Assembly (NCBI GenBank): GCA_014727915.1
Contig: WJMO01000008.1
Span: 1 to 64,000 of the forward strand
Direction: 5' to 3'
From: Candidatus Altiarchaeales archaeon
Lineage (GTDB): Archaea; Altiarchaeota; Altiarchaeia; IMC4; SCGC-AAA252-I15
Length of the DNA stretch: 64,000 nucleotides
Positions within the stretch are counted from its first letter, which is position 1, and every line of letters begins with the position of its first letter. Position numbers and translations under genes: made by a program. Below, piece after piece: positions 1 to 8,056 of this stretch. The notes beneath the pieces are model-generated. The model was given only the letters and a program-made list of their open reading frames with translations, ran no database searches and was not told where the DNA came from.

Positions 1-74
1 ATTGGAAAACGCTGTAAAGGGCCCACAACTTTTATTTTCAGCTGTTTTAATAAGTTAGGCATTCGCGGGATATG

Positions 75-129
75 AGAATTACACACAGTGTATAATTCTT
101 GCGACTATTACACACAGTGTATAATAGTC
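75..129. repeat. Two tandem imperfect palindromes sharing a 19-bp core (ATTACACACAGTGTATAAT), 29 bp apart
   Basis: 75-99 AGAATTACACACAGTGTATAATTCT and 103-129 GACTATTACACACAGTGTATAATAGTC; each is self-complementary with different outer arms. Confidence 0.9.
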
Positions 130-298
130 CCCCAAACTCAGAAGCCTTGAAAACGCCCTCCACAACGGATATAAGGCGCGGAAAAGGCTTTTATGAGCCG
201 GATGCCATATATATGACATTCGCCCGAAAACGGCGAATCGAAACCATTTTCCCTTCTTGCTGACTAGTTCTGCCTTTATCTTGATGTGCCATGTTTTA

Positions 299-618
299 GC
301 CAGTCTGCGGCTTGTTGTCAAACGGGTGTGCCTTAGTACCTGAAAAAAATCCAGGTTAAGTGTATATTTTGACGGGATTTGACTTGTGGTTTTCTTATTT
401 ATTTCATCATTGCTTATACCTTAGAAGGCCAAAAAAGGCTTGTTTTCCCGTATGCCAGTCTGCGGCTTCTTGTCAAAAGGGTGTGCCTTAGTACCTGAAA
501 AAAATGCGTGTTAAGTGTATATAGTACCCAATCGACTTGTCGATGTAGGTCTAAATCTTATTTATTTCCTGATTTCATATAGGTTAGACAGCCAAAATAC
601 GGTAATTTTTCCGTTTTT
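299..618. repeat. Degenerate tandem duplication, period 155 bp, directly upstream of tRNA-Leu
   Basis: GCCAGTCTGCGGCTT(G/C)TTGTCAAA(C/A)GGGTGTGCCTTAGTACCTGAAAAAAAT starts at 299 and 454; weaker similarity continues (GACTTGT, TCTTATTTATTTC, TTAGA..GCCAAAA). Confidence 0.9.
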
Positions 619-727
619 GCGGGGGTGCCAGAGTTGGTCAAATGGGCTGGGCTTAGGCGAATCCAGAACGTGATTCGGAGATACCCAGTGGCGTAGGCCT
701 GCGCGAGTTCGAACCTCGTCCCCCGCA
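619..727 (+). tRNA. tRNA-Leu (TAG) with a 25-nt intron at 37/38 (658-682); no encoded CCA
   Basis: Acceptor stem GCGGGGG/CCCCCGC+A, anticodon stem CTGGG/CCCAG, anticodon TAG 654-656, long variable arm, GTTCGAA T-loop, intron helix GAATC/GATTC with relaxed BHB. Confidence 0.93.
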
Positions 728-746
728 AAATCCTTATCTATTTTTT

Positions 747-2324
747 TTATAATGATTTAATTTCGAGGATGTTTGAAAGTATTTCGTATACTCCCATACC
801 ATATCCCCGGTTGGTTATTAGGTCTGCTTCTTCCTTGACCTTGGGATGAGCGTTCGCGACTGCGACGCGAACTCCTGCTTCTCTGAACATTGGCAGATCA
901 TTAAGGAAGTCTCCAAATGCCAATACTTGGTTTTTCTTAATGCCAAGTCTTTTTCTCAAGTGTTTTAAACCAACGCCCTTGTCGATTCCAGAAGGTACAA
1001 TATCTGCTTTTGATAAATTATTTTTCTGAAAGCTCACCTCAAGCTTATTTTCCTTGAGGGTTTTTTCAACCTTTTCATAATCTCTTTCCTTAACCATGAC
1101 TGCAATTTTTCTACCTCTTACTGTGGCTAGGCCACGTAAAGCCTTCCTTATCTCAAATGCTTCTTCTTCCTTTAGAAGGACATGCTCATCCCCGAATTTT
1201 GTTGTTGCGCCAATCTCTCCAATAAAGTAGTCATCTGTCTTTGTAATTTTTGATATTCTCTCTAATGAGTCATAGCCTCTTCCAGAGCAGAGGCAAATTT
1301 TTATTCCCTTACATTTTATCTTTTTGAATATCTCGATTATGTTCTTTTGGATTTTTCCGCCGGGTTTGATTAGTGTATTATCAACATCAATTGCAATCAA
1401 CTTTATGTTTTTCAAATCAACATTGCGTGAGTATTCGTTTTTTATAAGCTCATCCATGTAGGGCACTTCAATCTTGTTATTCGTCGAATCGTAGATATCA
1501 AACCATGTAAAACCAGATCCTTTCCAGTATTTAACCTTTCCAATTTTAAAACCCTTCAATTCCACGTGTTTTTTCAAGATCCTTGAGAAATCTCTAAGGT
1601 GTTTGTATTTGTTCTTTCTGGTAAGCCCGTTATGGGTGACTCTGTAATTGTGCAGAATCCTTGGGATGTAACATATCTTGTCCAAACCAAGGTTAGTTAT
1701 CTTGATAAGCAGATCAACATCCTCTGCTGTTGTCAGTTTTTCATCATAGCAACCCACTTTATAGAAGGCCTCTTTCGAGACGATCTGAACGTGGTGGATA
1801 AAGTTGCAGTGGAATCTAGGGTCTTGGAGCGTGCCGAAATGCTTATGCATATGTTCATGCAAAAAACTTTTCCTTTTGATTCCTAGAACACGTTCTCCAT
1901 TGGCTGAAATCAGTCTCTGGTCAGTGTAGATCAAGTTGTATTTATTCCACTTCAGCCTCTTATTGACTAAATCGCAAAGATCTGGCGAGATCATGTCGTC
2001 AGCATCTAAAAAAATAAGATAATCGTGTCTTGAGTTCTTCACTGCCTGATTTCTGTTGGCTCCAACGGTTAGGTTAGTGTTTGTTAGAGTGAGATTTATG
2101 TCGAGTTTGGAGTTGAAGTTGTGTAAGACCATCCTAGAAAGTTCCTCCTGGTACTTCCTAGGTGAGTGTGTATCAATTAGTATTACTTCCAGTTTATCTA
2201 ATGGGTAGTTCTGGTTCTTTACACTTTCGATAGCTGCCCTTACATAAGAAAGCTTTGTTTTGTGGTTGGGGATAATAATGCTGAAATTCTGCTTTGAATC
2301 TGAATTGCCACCACCCTTATGCAT
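747..2324 (-). CDS. Family 2 glycosyltransferase fused to a Cof-type HAD phosphatase
   Basis: N-terminal FSIIIP, FLDADD, AEDVDL (GT-A motifs); C-terminal IAIDVDNTL, SGR, DKG, GDFLND (HAD motifs I-IV). Confidence 0.88.
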   Translation of the reverse strand: MHKGGGNSDSKQNFSIIIPNHKTKLSYVRAAIESVKNQNYPLDKLEVILIDTHSPRKYQEELSRMVLHNFNSKLDINLTLTNTNLTVGANRNQAVKNSRHDYLIFLDADDMISPDLCDLVNKRLKWNKYNLIYTDQRLISANGERVLGIKRKSFLHEHMHKHFGTLQDPRFHCNFIHHVQIVSKEAFYKVGCYDEKLTTAEDVDLLIKITNLGLDKICYIPRILHNYRVTHNGLTRKNKYKHLRDFSRILKKHVELKGFKIGKVKYWKGSGFTWFDIYDSTNNKIEVPYMDELIKNEYSRNVDLKNIKLIAIDVDNTLIKPGGKIQKNIIEIFKKIKCKGIKICLCSGRGYDSLERISKITKTDDYFIGEIGATTKFGDEHVLLKEEEAFEIRKALRGLATVRGRKIAVMVKERDYEKVEKTLKENKLEVSFQKNNLSKADIVPSGIDKGVGLKHLRKRLGIKKNQVLAFGDFLNDLPMFREAGVRVAVANAHPKVKEEADLITNRGYGMGVYEILSNILEIKSL

Positions 2325-2362
2325 CCTTATCAGTTAATTAATGTTAAAAATAGTGTTATTAT

Positions 2363-3121
2363 ATGTTAGGGAAAAAATTTATTCCGAACTTAAAAAAAGT
2401 AGAAATTGAAATAACTAGTAGATGTAATCTACGCTGTCATAATTGTGATAGGTCTTGTGGTCAAGCTCCCAGTAGCGAATCTATGTCCGTTGAACAAATT
2501 AAAAAGTTTGTAAACGAGTCCATCAATTTGAAGTGGGATTGGGAATACATTGGAGTGATTGGTGGAGAACCAACCCTTCATCCTGAACTAGTTGAAATTT
2601 TAAAAATATTAAAAAAATTCAAATTATTCAAGAGAAAGAATAACAATGACTGTAGAATTGAAGTGGTAACAAATGGGTTTGGAACTGCGACTAATGAAGT
2701 TTTATCAAACCTCCCTCTTTGGGTGGATATTCGAAATAGCAATAAAGAATCCTCAAACCAAAGATTTAAGACTTACAACATAGCCCCCATTGATTTAGAA
2801 AATTTGAAGGATGTGGATTTCACAACTGGTTGTAGAATATGTTCAAGAGATGGGTTGGGCTTGACAAGATATGGGTATTATCCATGTGGTGCAGGAGCAA
2901 GTGTTGACAGGGTATTTGGCAAGGACATTGGAATCAAAAAATTAGAAGATGTGAACATCCCAAACCTAACCAAACAATTAAAGATACTATGTTCGATTTG
3001 TGGTCATTTTAAGTATGACAAAATGGATTGTGAGAAAGTAGAAAAAGAAGCTATTTCAAAGACTTGGAAAAAAGCATATGAAGAATATAAACTAAAAAAA
3101 CCCCCGCTAAAAATCTATTAA
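2363..3121 (+). CDS. Radical SAM protein with C-terminal Cys motifs
   Basis: CNLRCHNC (CxxxCxxC), GGEPTLHP, VTNG; later CRIC, YYPC, CSIC. Confidence 0.88.
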   Translation: MLGKKFIPNLKKVEIEITSRCNLRCHNCDRSCGQAPSSESMSVEQIKKFVNESINLKWDWEYIGVIGGEPTLHPELVEILKILKKFKLFKRKNNNDCRIEVVTNGFGTATNEVLSNLPLWVDIRNSNKESSNQRFKTYNIAPIDLENLKDVDFTTGCRICSRDGLGLTRYGYYPCGAGASVDRVFGKDIGIKKLEDVNIPNLTKQLKILCSICGHFKYDKMDCEKVEKEAISKTWKKAYEEYKLKKPPLKIY

Positions 3122-3392
3122 GAGACCTAGTCAGAAATGGATATGGGCTCAGAATAAAATCCGCGCTTCGAAAAATGGGTTACGTGCCCGTCCCCCGCAA
3201 ACTTTTCTCTCCTTGCGGTCAGCAAAAGCTTGACGGGCATATTATTTCTGTGTGGTTGATGTTGCATTAGGATTTTTAGATTATTTGAATTTTTTTATTA
3301 ATTATTTATATTTTTTATCAATAGTTTAGAACGGTTAGTTGCATAAGATGCAGGCAGTGCGTGCTGAACTGCAGCAAGAAGGCATTGAAGTT

Positions 3393-4508
3393 CTAGAGGC
3401 CGCCCACCATGCTGTCGACAATCTTGTCGATTTCTAACTTCAAGTCCTTGGGCAGGCCGAGTATGTCCGTGTCCAGGAAGCCGCGGACTATTGTTGAGGT
3501 CGCCTCCTCCCTTGACAATCCCCTGCTCATCAGGTAGTTTATCTCCTTGTCCGCGATCTTTCCGACCGCCGCCTCGTGGCTCATGTCAACGTCCTTATAG
3601 GAGGTCCTCAATTCGGGGATGGCGTGTATCACCGCCCCATCCGACAACAGCAGGCCCTGGCATTCCATGTGGGCCTTCACGCCAGTGTTAGAGCCGATCA
3701 GTTTCCCGGGCGCGGTTATCTCGGCACTGTCCAAGGCGATAACCCTGGATACTATCTCCCCGCTGGAACCCTCACCCTGGAGGTCCACCAGTGAACCGGC
3801 ATTAATCTTCGAATTCTTGCTCGAGTAGATTATGTTGTTGAACGTGGCCTTCGACCCCCGCCCCCTGCAGAACGCTTTCGGGTACATCTGCAGGTCCGCC
3901 ACAGGCTGGAGGCAGATGTAATTGGATATGAACGTCCCGCCCGCTTCTACGACTGCCGCGCTCCGTGGCCTGACCTTGATGGTCTCGGCCCAGTTGTGTA
4001 TCATGGTGAAGTTCAACGTCGCACCCTCTTTGACATAGAACTCGCTGATGCCAAGGTGAGCTCCCTCACCCACCTGCGGGTCAGTGACGCACCCGGATAT
4101 GATCCGGGCGTTGCTGCCCTTCTCCGCGATGATTATGTTGTGGACCTTCTGCTGCACTCCCTCCTCGGTCATCATCAGACAACTCTGTAGGGGGAACTCC
4201 ATGTCCGCGCCCTCGAGGAATCGCATGAAATACCCTCCGCTGAAGTCCCTGTCGACTTCTTTCGTGTGCTCGTCCGCGTCGGCTTTCACCGCATTCCACC
4301 AGTATTCCCCAAGCCAATCATGCTTTTCGAGTGCGTCTTTGACGTCCATCATCTCCACCCTGCCCTCGTACATCTCGTTCACTGTGGAGTAGAGGGTCTT
4401 ACTGTCGACGTGGAAGTAGGAACCGCTCCGCTCCTCCTCGTCGGATTCGATGCCCGCCTTCAAAGCCCTCTCCAGTATCTCATGGGGCAGGTCAGTCAGC
4501 TTACTCAT
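3393..4508 (-). CDS. sufB: SufB/SufD-family Fe-S scaffold (SmsB-like)
   Basis: PLQSC, HMECQGLLL, SHEAAVGKI, YLMSRGL; 8-nt overlap with the sufC stop. Confidence 0.9.
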   Translation of the reverse strand: MSKLTDLPHEILERALKAGIESDEEERSGSYFHVDSKTLYSTVNEMYEGRVEMMDVKDALEKHDWLGEYWWNAVKADADEHTKEVDRDFSGGYFMRFLEGADMEFPLQSCLMMTEEGVQQKVHNIIIAEKGSNARIISGCVTDPQVGEGAHLGISEFYVKEGATLNFTMIHNWAETIKVRPRSAAVVEAGGTFISNYICLQPVADLQMYPKAFCRGRGSKATFNNIIYSSKNSKINAGSLVDLQGEGSSGEIVSRVIALDSAEITAPGKLIGSNTGVKAHMECQGLLLSDGAVIHAIPELRTSYKDVDMSHEAAVGKIADKEINYLMSRGLSREEATSTIVRGFLDTDILGLPKDLKLEIDKIVDSMVGGL

Positions 4509-5244
4509 CAGGTATCCTCTCATGGCATTCTCGGCAGTATTCGTAGCCGCGCTCCTGGATAGACTGTATTATCTCCTTCGGGGAGCTGTGGCAGTATATG
4601 ATCTTCTCCATGAACACGCAGGACTTGGCAGCTTTTATGTAGTCCAATATCGCCCCCTGGTGTGTGATTATCAACGCCGAAGACCCGGACTCTTCGAGGT
4701 ACTCCTGTATCATCATGCCGATCAATTTAAGGCTTTCGGCGTCGACGCCGCTGTCCGGCTCGTCCAAGAGCAGCAGCTTGGGCCTCATCAACAGCATCTG
4801 AAGGGCTTCCGCACGCTTCCGCTCTCCCCCGCTGAAGCCCAGGTTGATGTCCCGGTCCAGAAAGTCAGTAAGGCGCAGTTTCTCCACCAGGCCCAAGTGC
4901 TCCTTCTGAAGTTCATCATTCTGTTTCAAACCGGCGCATATCTTCAGCACGTCCCTCAGCTTCACGCCGACGATCTCGGGCGGGAGCTGGAAGGCAAGGC
5001 GCATGCCGAGTTTAGCGCGCTCGTCTATGGTCTTGCCAGTAACGTCCACGCCGTCGAATATTATCTTGCCGGAAGTCACATCGTACTCCGGCAACCCCAT
5101 TATAGTATTTACTAGGCTGGTCTTGCCGCTGCCGTTGGGGCCGAACATCACATACGCTTCCCCGCGTTCGACGTGCATGTCCACACCCTCGATTATCCTC
5201 TTGCCCTCGACCTCCACGGTCAGACCCTCAACCTCGAGCAGCAT
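4501..5244 (-). CDS. sufC: SufC-type ABC ATPase (SmsC-like)
   Basis: GPNGSGKT, FSGGERKR, LLDEPDSG; C-terminal CxxC (YCREC). Confidence 0.9.
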   Translation of the reverse strand: MLLEVEGLTVEVEGKRIIEGVDMHVERGEAYVMFGPNGSGKTSLVNTIMGLPEYDVTSGKIIFDGVDVTGKTIDERAKLGMRLAFQLPPEIVGVKLRDVLKICAGLKQNDELQKEHLGLVEKLRLTDFLDRDINLGFSGGERKRAEALQMLLMRPKLLLLDEPDSGVDAESLKLIGMMIQEYLEESGSSALIITHQGAILDYIKAAKSCVFMEKIIYCHSSPKEIIQSIQERGYEYCRECHERIPDE

Positions 5245-5301
5245 GTCATCCACCAATAAAAGATGGAGAAAATGTAAATAAACAGGTTGGTAACCCTGTG
5301 G

Positions 5302-6588
5302 TTAGGTTTCACGGGCCCTCGCATAGCCGACCGGGTCGCGGTTGAACATTCCAAGCTGCTCCCGCATGTTATGGGACTGGGGGGACTGCTCCTGGTCCAA
5401 CCTGGCCTGAAGCTTGGTTAGGAACCCTGTAGTAGGTACGTCTCCACGGCCTTCGCGGCCGTCCCACCACCTTGAATATGCGATGGTTCCTATAAGCTTT
5501 GCGCCCGTAGCCAAACCGCCACTCCGGCCCTTTATCTCATCCACCATCTGCGAGCCGGCATCATGTTGTATCGGGCTGCCGCCCAGGTTAACGTAGCTCA
5601 TGTTGAACATGCTGTAGGGCACCTCGTCCGCTTCAGTCTGGCAGACACCCCTGAAACGTTTGCTGGGGAACAGGCTCATCCTACGGCCCGTGAGTATGTC
5701 GGTGCGTTCGACCATGGCGGTGACAAGACGCTCTCCGCCCTCGGACAGCTGGTCGGGGCCCCTGTAGCCGGTGTTCACCGCATTGTAGAAGGCCCAAGTG
5801 GTTCCGTCGGGGCATTGGGCCATCCGTTCAGCCAAGAGCTTCCTATGCTCCGGCCTTTCCGTGTGGGACATGAACATGTCGAACTTCTCCCTTGAGCTGA
5901 AGAACTCAGACACCGCGCGGAACGTTGTCACATCATCGCTTTGAAGCAGCCTGGTTATCTCCGCATCCCTCTGGGGAGCTTCCATCTCCAGCGCTGAATC
6001 CAGTAGGTGAGTGTCAACAGGGCCGGAGGCGATCAGCAACCTCATGCTGTCATGCTTGCCCTTGGCCATCAATCCAGCAGGCTGCCGGTATAATCCGATG
6101 CTGGCCTGGTCCTCTGGGGGCACCAGGTTCTGGAGCTGCTTCCAGGTCCTCTGACCGCTCTTGGTGCTGAAGAACCGTGAAACCGCCTCCGCGCCGCCTC
6201 CATCCTGGTCCTCGGCCATCCGCCGGAACATCCCCTGACCCTCGGGCGCAACCCTGTCAGATTCGACTATGAGTTCCGCGAGCCTGCGAGCCCTAGTCTT
6301 GGGAGTGGATACTAGCATACCCCCGCCTTGGATCTCGGAGTCCAACGCAGCTATCAGCTTGTCGGGGTTCTGGGCCTGCGCCAATACGGCGGACTGTAAC
6401 TGGGGGTCGCTCATGCCCGCCTTCAACACCTGGAAGTCCTTCTCCCTCCGCAGGCAGCGGCCCAGGACCTGGGCGCCGCTTTCGGTGGCGAGCTGGCGCC
6501 TGAGAACATCCAAGGTCATCTCCCGGGGTGGGAGCTCCGCAGGACCTCCCAAACCGGCCTCCTGAGGCTTTTGAACGTACTTGGCCAT
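5302..6588 (-). CDS. Hypothetical orphan protein
   Basis: 428-aa ORF filling the gap between genes, with an AT-rich TATA-like element upstream; no recognised motif. Confidence 0.7.
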   Translation of the reverse strand: MAKYVQKPQEAGLGGPAELPPREMTLDVLRRQLATESGAQVLGRCLRREKDFQVLKAGMSDPQLQSAVLAQAQNPDKLIAALDSEIQGGGMLVSTPKTRARRLAELIVESDRVAPEGQGMFRRMAEDQDGGGAEAVSRFFSTKSGQRTWKQLQNLVPPEDQASIGLYRQPAGLMAKGKHDSMRLLIASGPVDTHLLDSALEMEAPQRDAEITRLLQSDDVTTFRAVSEFFSSREKFDMFMSHTERPEHRKLLAERMAQCPDGTTWAFYNAVNTGYRGPDQLSEGGERLVTAMVERTDILTGRRMSLFPSKRFRGVCQTEADEVPYSMFNMSYVNLGGSPIQHDAGSQMVDEIKGRSGGLATGAKLIGTIAYSRWWDGREGRGDVPTTGFLTKLQARLDQEQSPQSHNMREQLGMFNRDPVGYARARET

Positions 6589-6613
6589 TATATGAGAAAC
6601 AGGGAAGGACGGG

Positions 6614-7957
6614 TTAATATGCTATCTCCTCCCGGAAGATAGTGCGGGCATCCCGGAACCTGGAGGGCAGACGGTCACTGTGAACCGTCAAGTATTCACT
6701 GTAAAGTTCGTCCTCGCGGCTGCGGGCCTCGTCCAGGAACTCATTTTTGAAGCGGTCCATCAATGTTCCGCGCGCGCCGTTCTCGTAGGCGAGGAGGAAG
6801 CTGAGCAGCTGCTCGTCCCGGCCCAAGCCGGTGACATCATAGACCGTGTAGGCGGTCGTGTCCTCGGGGAAGAGCGTATAGTATTCTGCGAAGCGCTTGT
6901 TCATCATGTTCTGCCGGAACCCTATGTCACGGGGGTTCACCCCCGCAGCCAATAGCATCACATAGTTGCGGGCGCATTTGGTGCAGTTATGGCACCACCG
7001 GTCGTGCTTGCCGTAGTCGTCGTCGGTGAAACATGACATCTGATACCTGCCTATGTCCCCGTAGCGGTTGTGCAGTATCTTTATTATGGCAAGCTCGTGA
7101 ATGGGCTGCACTGGACTGACCGTGGACACCGCACCGTCGGTGAGGCCCATCGTCATCCTGTTGAGCATCCTGGTCCAGAAGCTGGACTGGTCAAATGAGG
7201 GGTTGCAATCGTAGCCCTCGTCGGAGACGTATGAGAAGTCGCAGCTCTTCTCGTTCCCCAACAGTATATAGGATGATTTGAACGCGTGGGCGAGGGGCAG
7301 TTCCATGAGCACATACTCTGTCAGCAGCCTCGTCCACCCCACCTGGGTCTCCGGCGCCTTGAAGTGCTCGTAGAACCTCAGCAGGCTGAGGCTGTTCTCG
7401 ATGAACCAGAGCTTGGAGTGCTTCTTAGCGAACCTACGGGAAAGGTTGCGCTTGTGCTTGTTCTCATAGTAGCCGAAGGGGTCGTCCTCTTCGAAGTAGA
7501 CCAGGTTCGTGTCCAAACCCAGCTCCTCCGCCAGCCCGTAGAGTAGGAGGCTCTCCTTGCCGAAGGTGAATCCGATGACACAGCTGTCCCCGGGGTCTGC
7601 GCCGTATTCAGGAGCCTCGCCGGATACGCCGTCAAACACGTACTCGCTGCCTTCCAGACGGTTGAAATAGTCTCCAGCTGGCACGTTGTCGTTGTCCGCG
7701 AAATAGGGTATGTTCTCCCTCATCAACTTCATGAAAAGACTGTGGAACAGCGGCTTGGAGGAGTTATAGACCAGTTTCTTCTCGCCTGTGAAGAATGGCA
7801 GGTGGAGTGTGGAAAGGAAGGACATGTGGTCCAATAGGGCGTTCCTGAGCTCGACCCCGTACTCGAGCCAGAACCGGTGTGGATAGGACAGTTTATAGTT
7901 GTTCCCAGACAACTTGAGAGATATACCATCTGAAAAGATACTGGATTGGACAAACAT
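6614..7957 (-). CDS. PP-loop/adenine-nucleotide alpha-hydrolase-like protein resembling the MurL family
   Basis: Degenerate PP-loop FTFGKESLL, GNEKSC, SC...WCHNCTKC Zn-type motif. Confidence 0.55.
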   Translation of the reverse strand: MFVQSSIFSDGISLKLSGNNYKLSYPHRFWLEYGVELRNALLDHMSFLSTLHLPFFTGEKKLVYNSSKPLFHSLFMKLMRENIPYFADNDNVPAGDYFNRLEGSEYVFDGVSGEAPEYGADPGDSCVIGFTFGKESLLLYGLAEELGLDTNLVYFEEDDPFGYYENKHKRNLSRRFAKKHSKLWFIENSLSLLRFYEHFKAPETQVGWTRLLTEYVLMELPLAHAFKSSYILLGNEKSCDFSYVSDEGYDCNPSFDQSSFWTRMLNRMTMGLTDGAVSTVSPVQPIHELAIIKILHNRYGDIGRYQMSCFTDDDYGKHDRWCHNCTKCARNYVMLLAAGVNPRDIGFRQNMMNKRFAEYYTLFPEDTTAYTVYDVTGLGRDEQLLSFLLAYENGARGTLMDRFKNEFLDEARSREDELYSEYLTVHSDRLPSRFRDARTIFREEIAY

Positions 7958-8056
7958 ATCCTAAAGAAATTATTTTGTCTGGAGCGTATTAAACGTTTTC
8001 GGTATCTGCCTAAACAAAAGGGGATGCTTTTATCCTGTGAAATCCTAGGTTGTAGC

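Larger units (their letters stand above)
717..3201. mobile_element. Small AT-rich genomic islet integrated at the tRNA-Leu 3' end, with no integrase inside
   Basis: 13-bp direct repeat CGTCCCCCGCAAA at 717-729 (tRNA 3' end) and 3189-3201; the enclosed genes are visibly AT-richer than the rest of the window. Confidence 0.7.

Noticed and set aside
79-321. 80-aa minus-strand ORF
   Set aside because: Non-ATG start, runs across the palindromes and repeats, no motif; probably spurious
75-618. Repeats as a CRISPR array
   Set aside because: Only two copies of each repeat, no repeat-spacer periodicity, no cas genes
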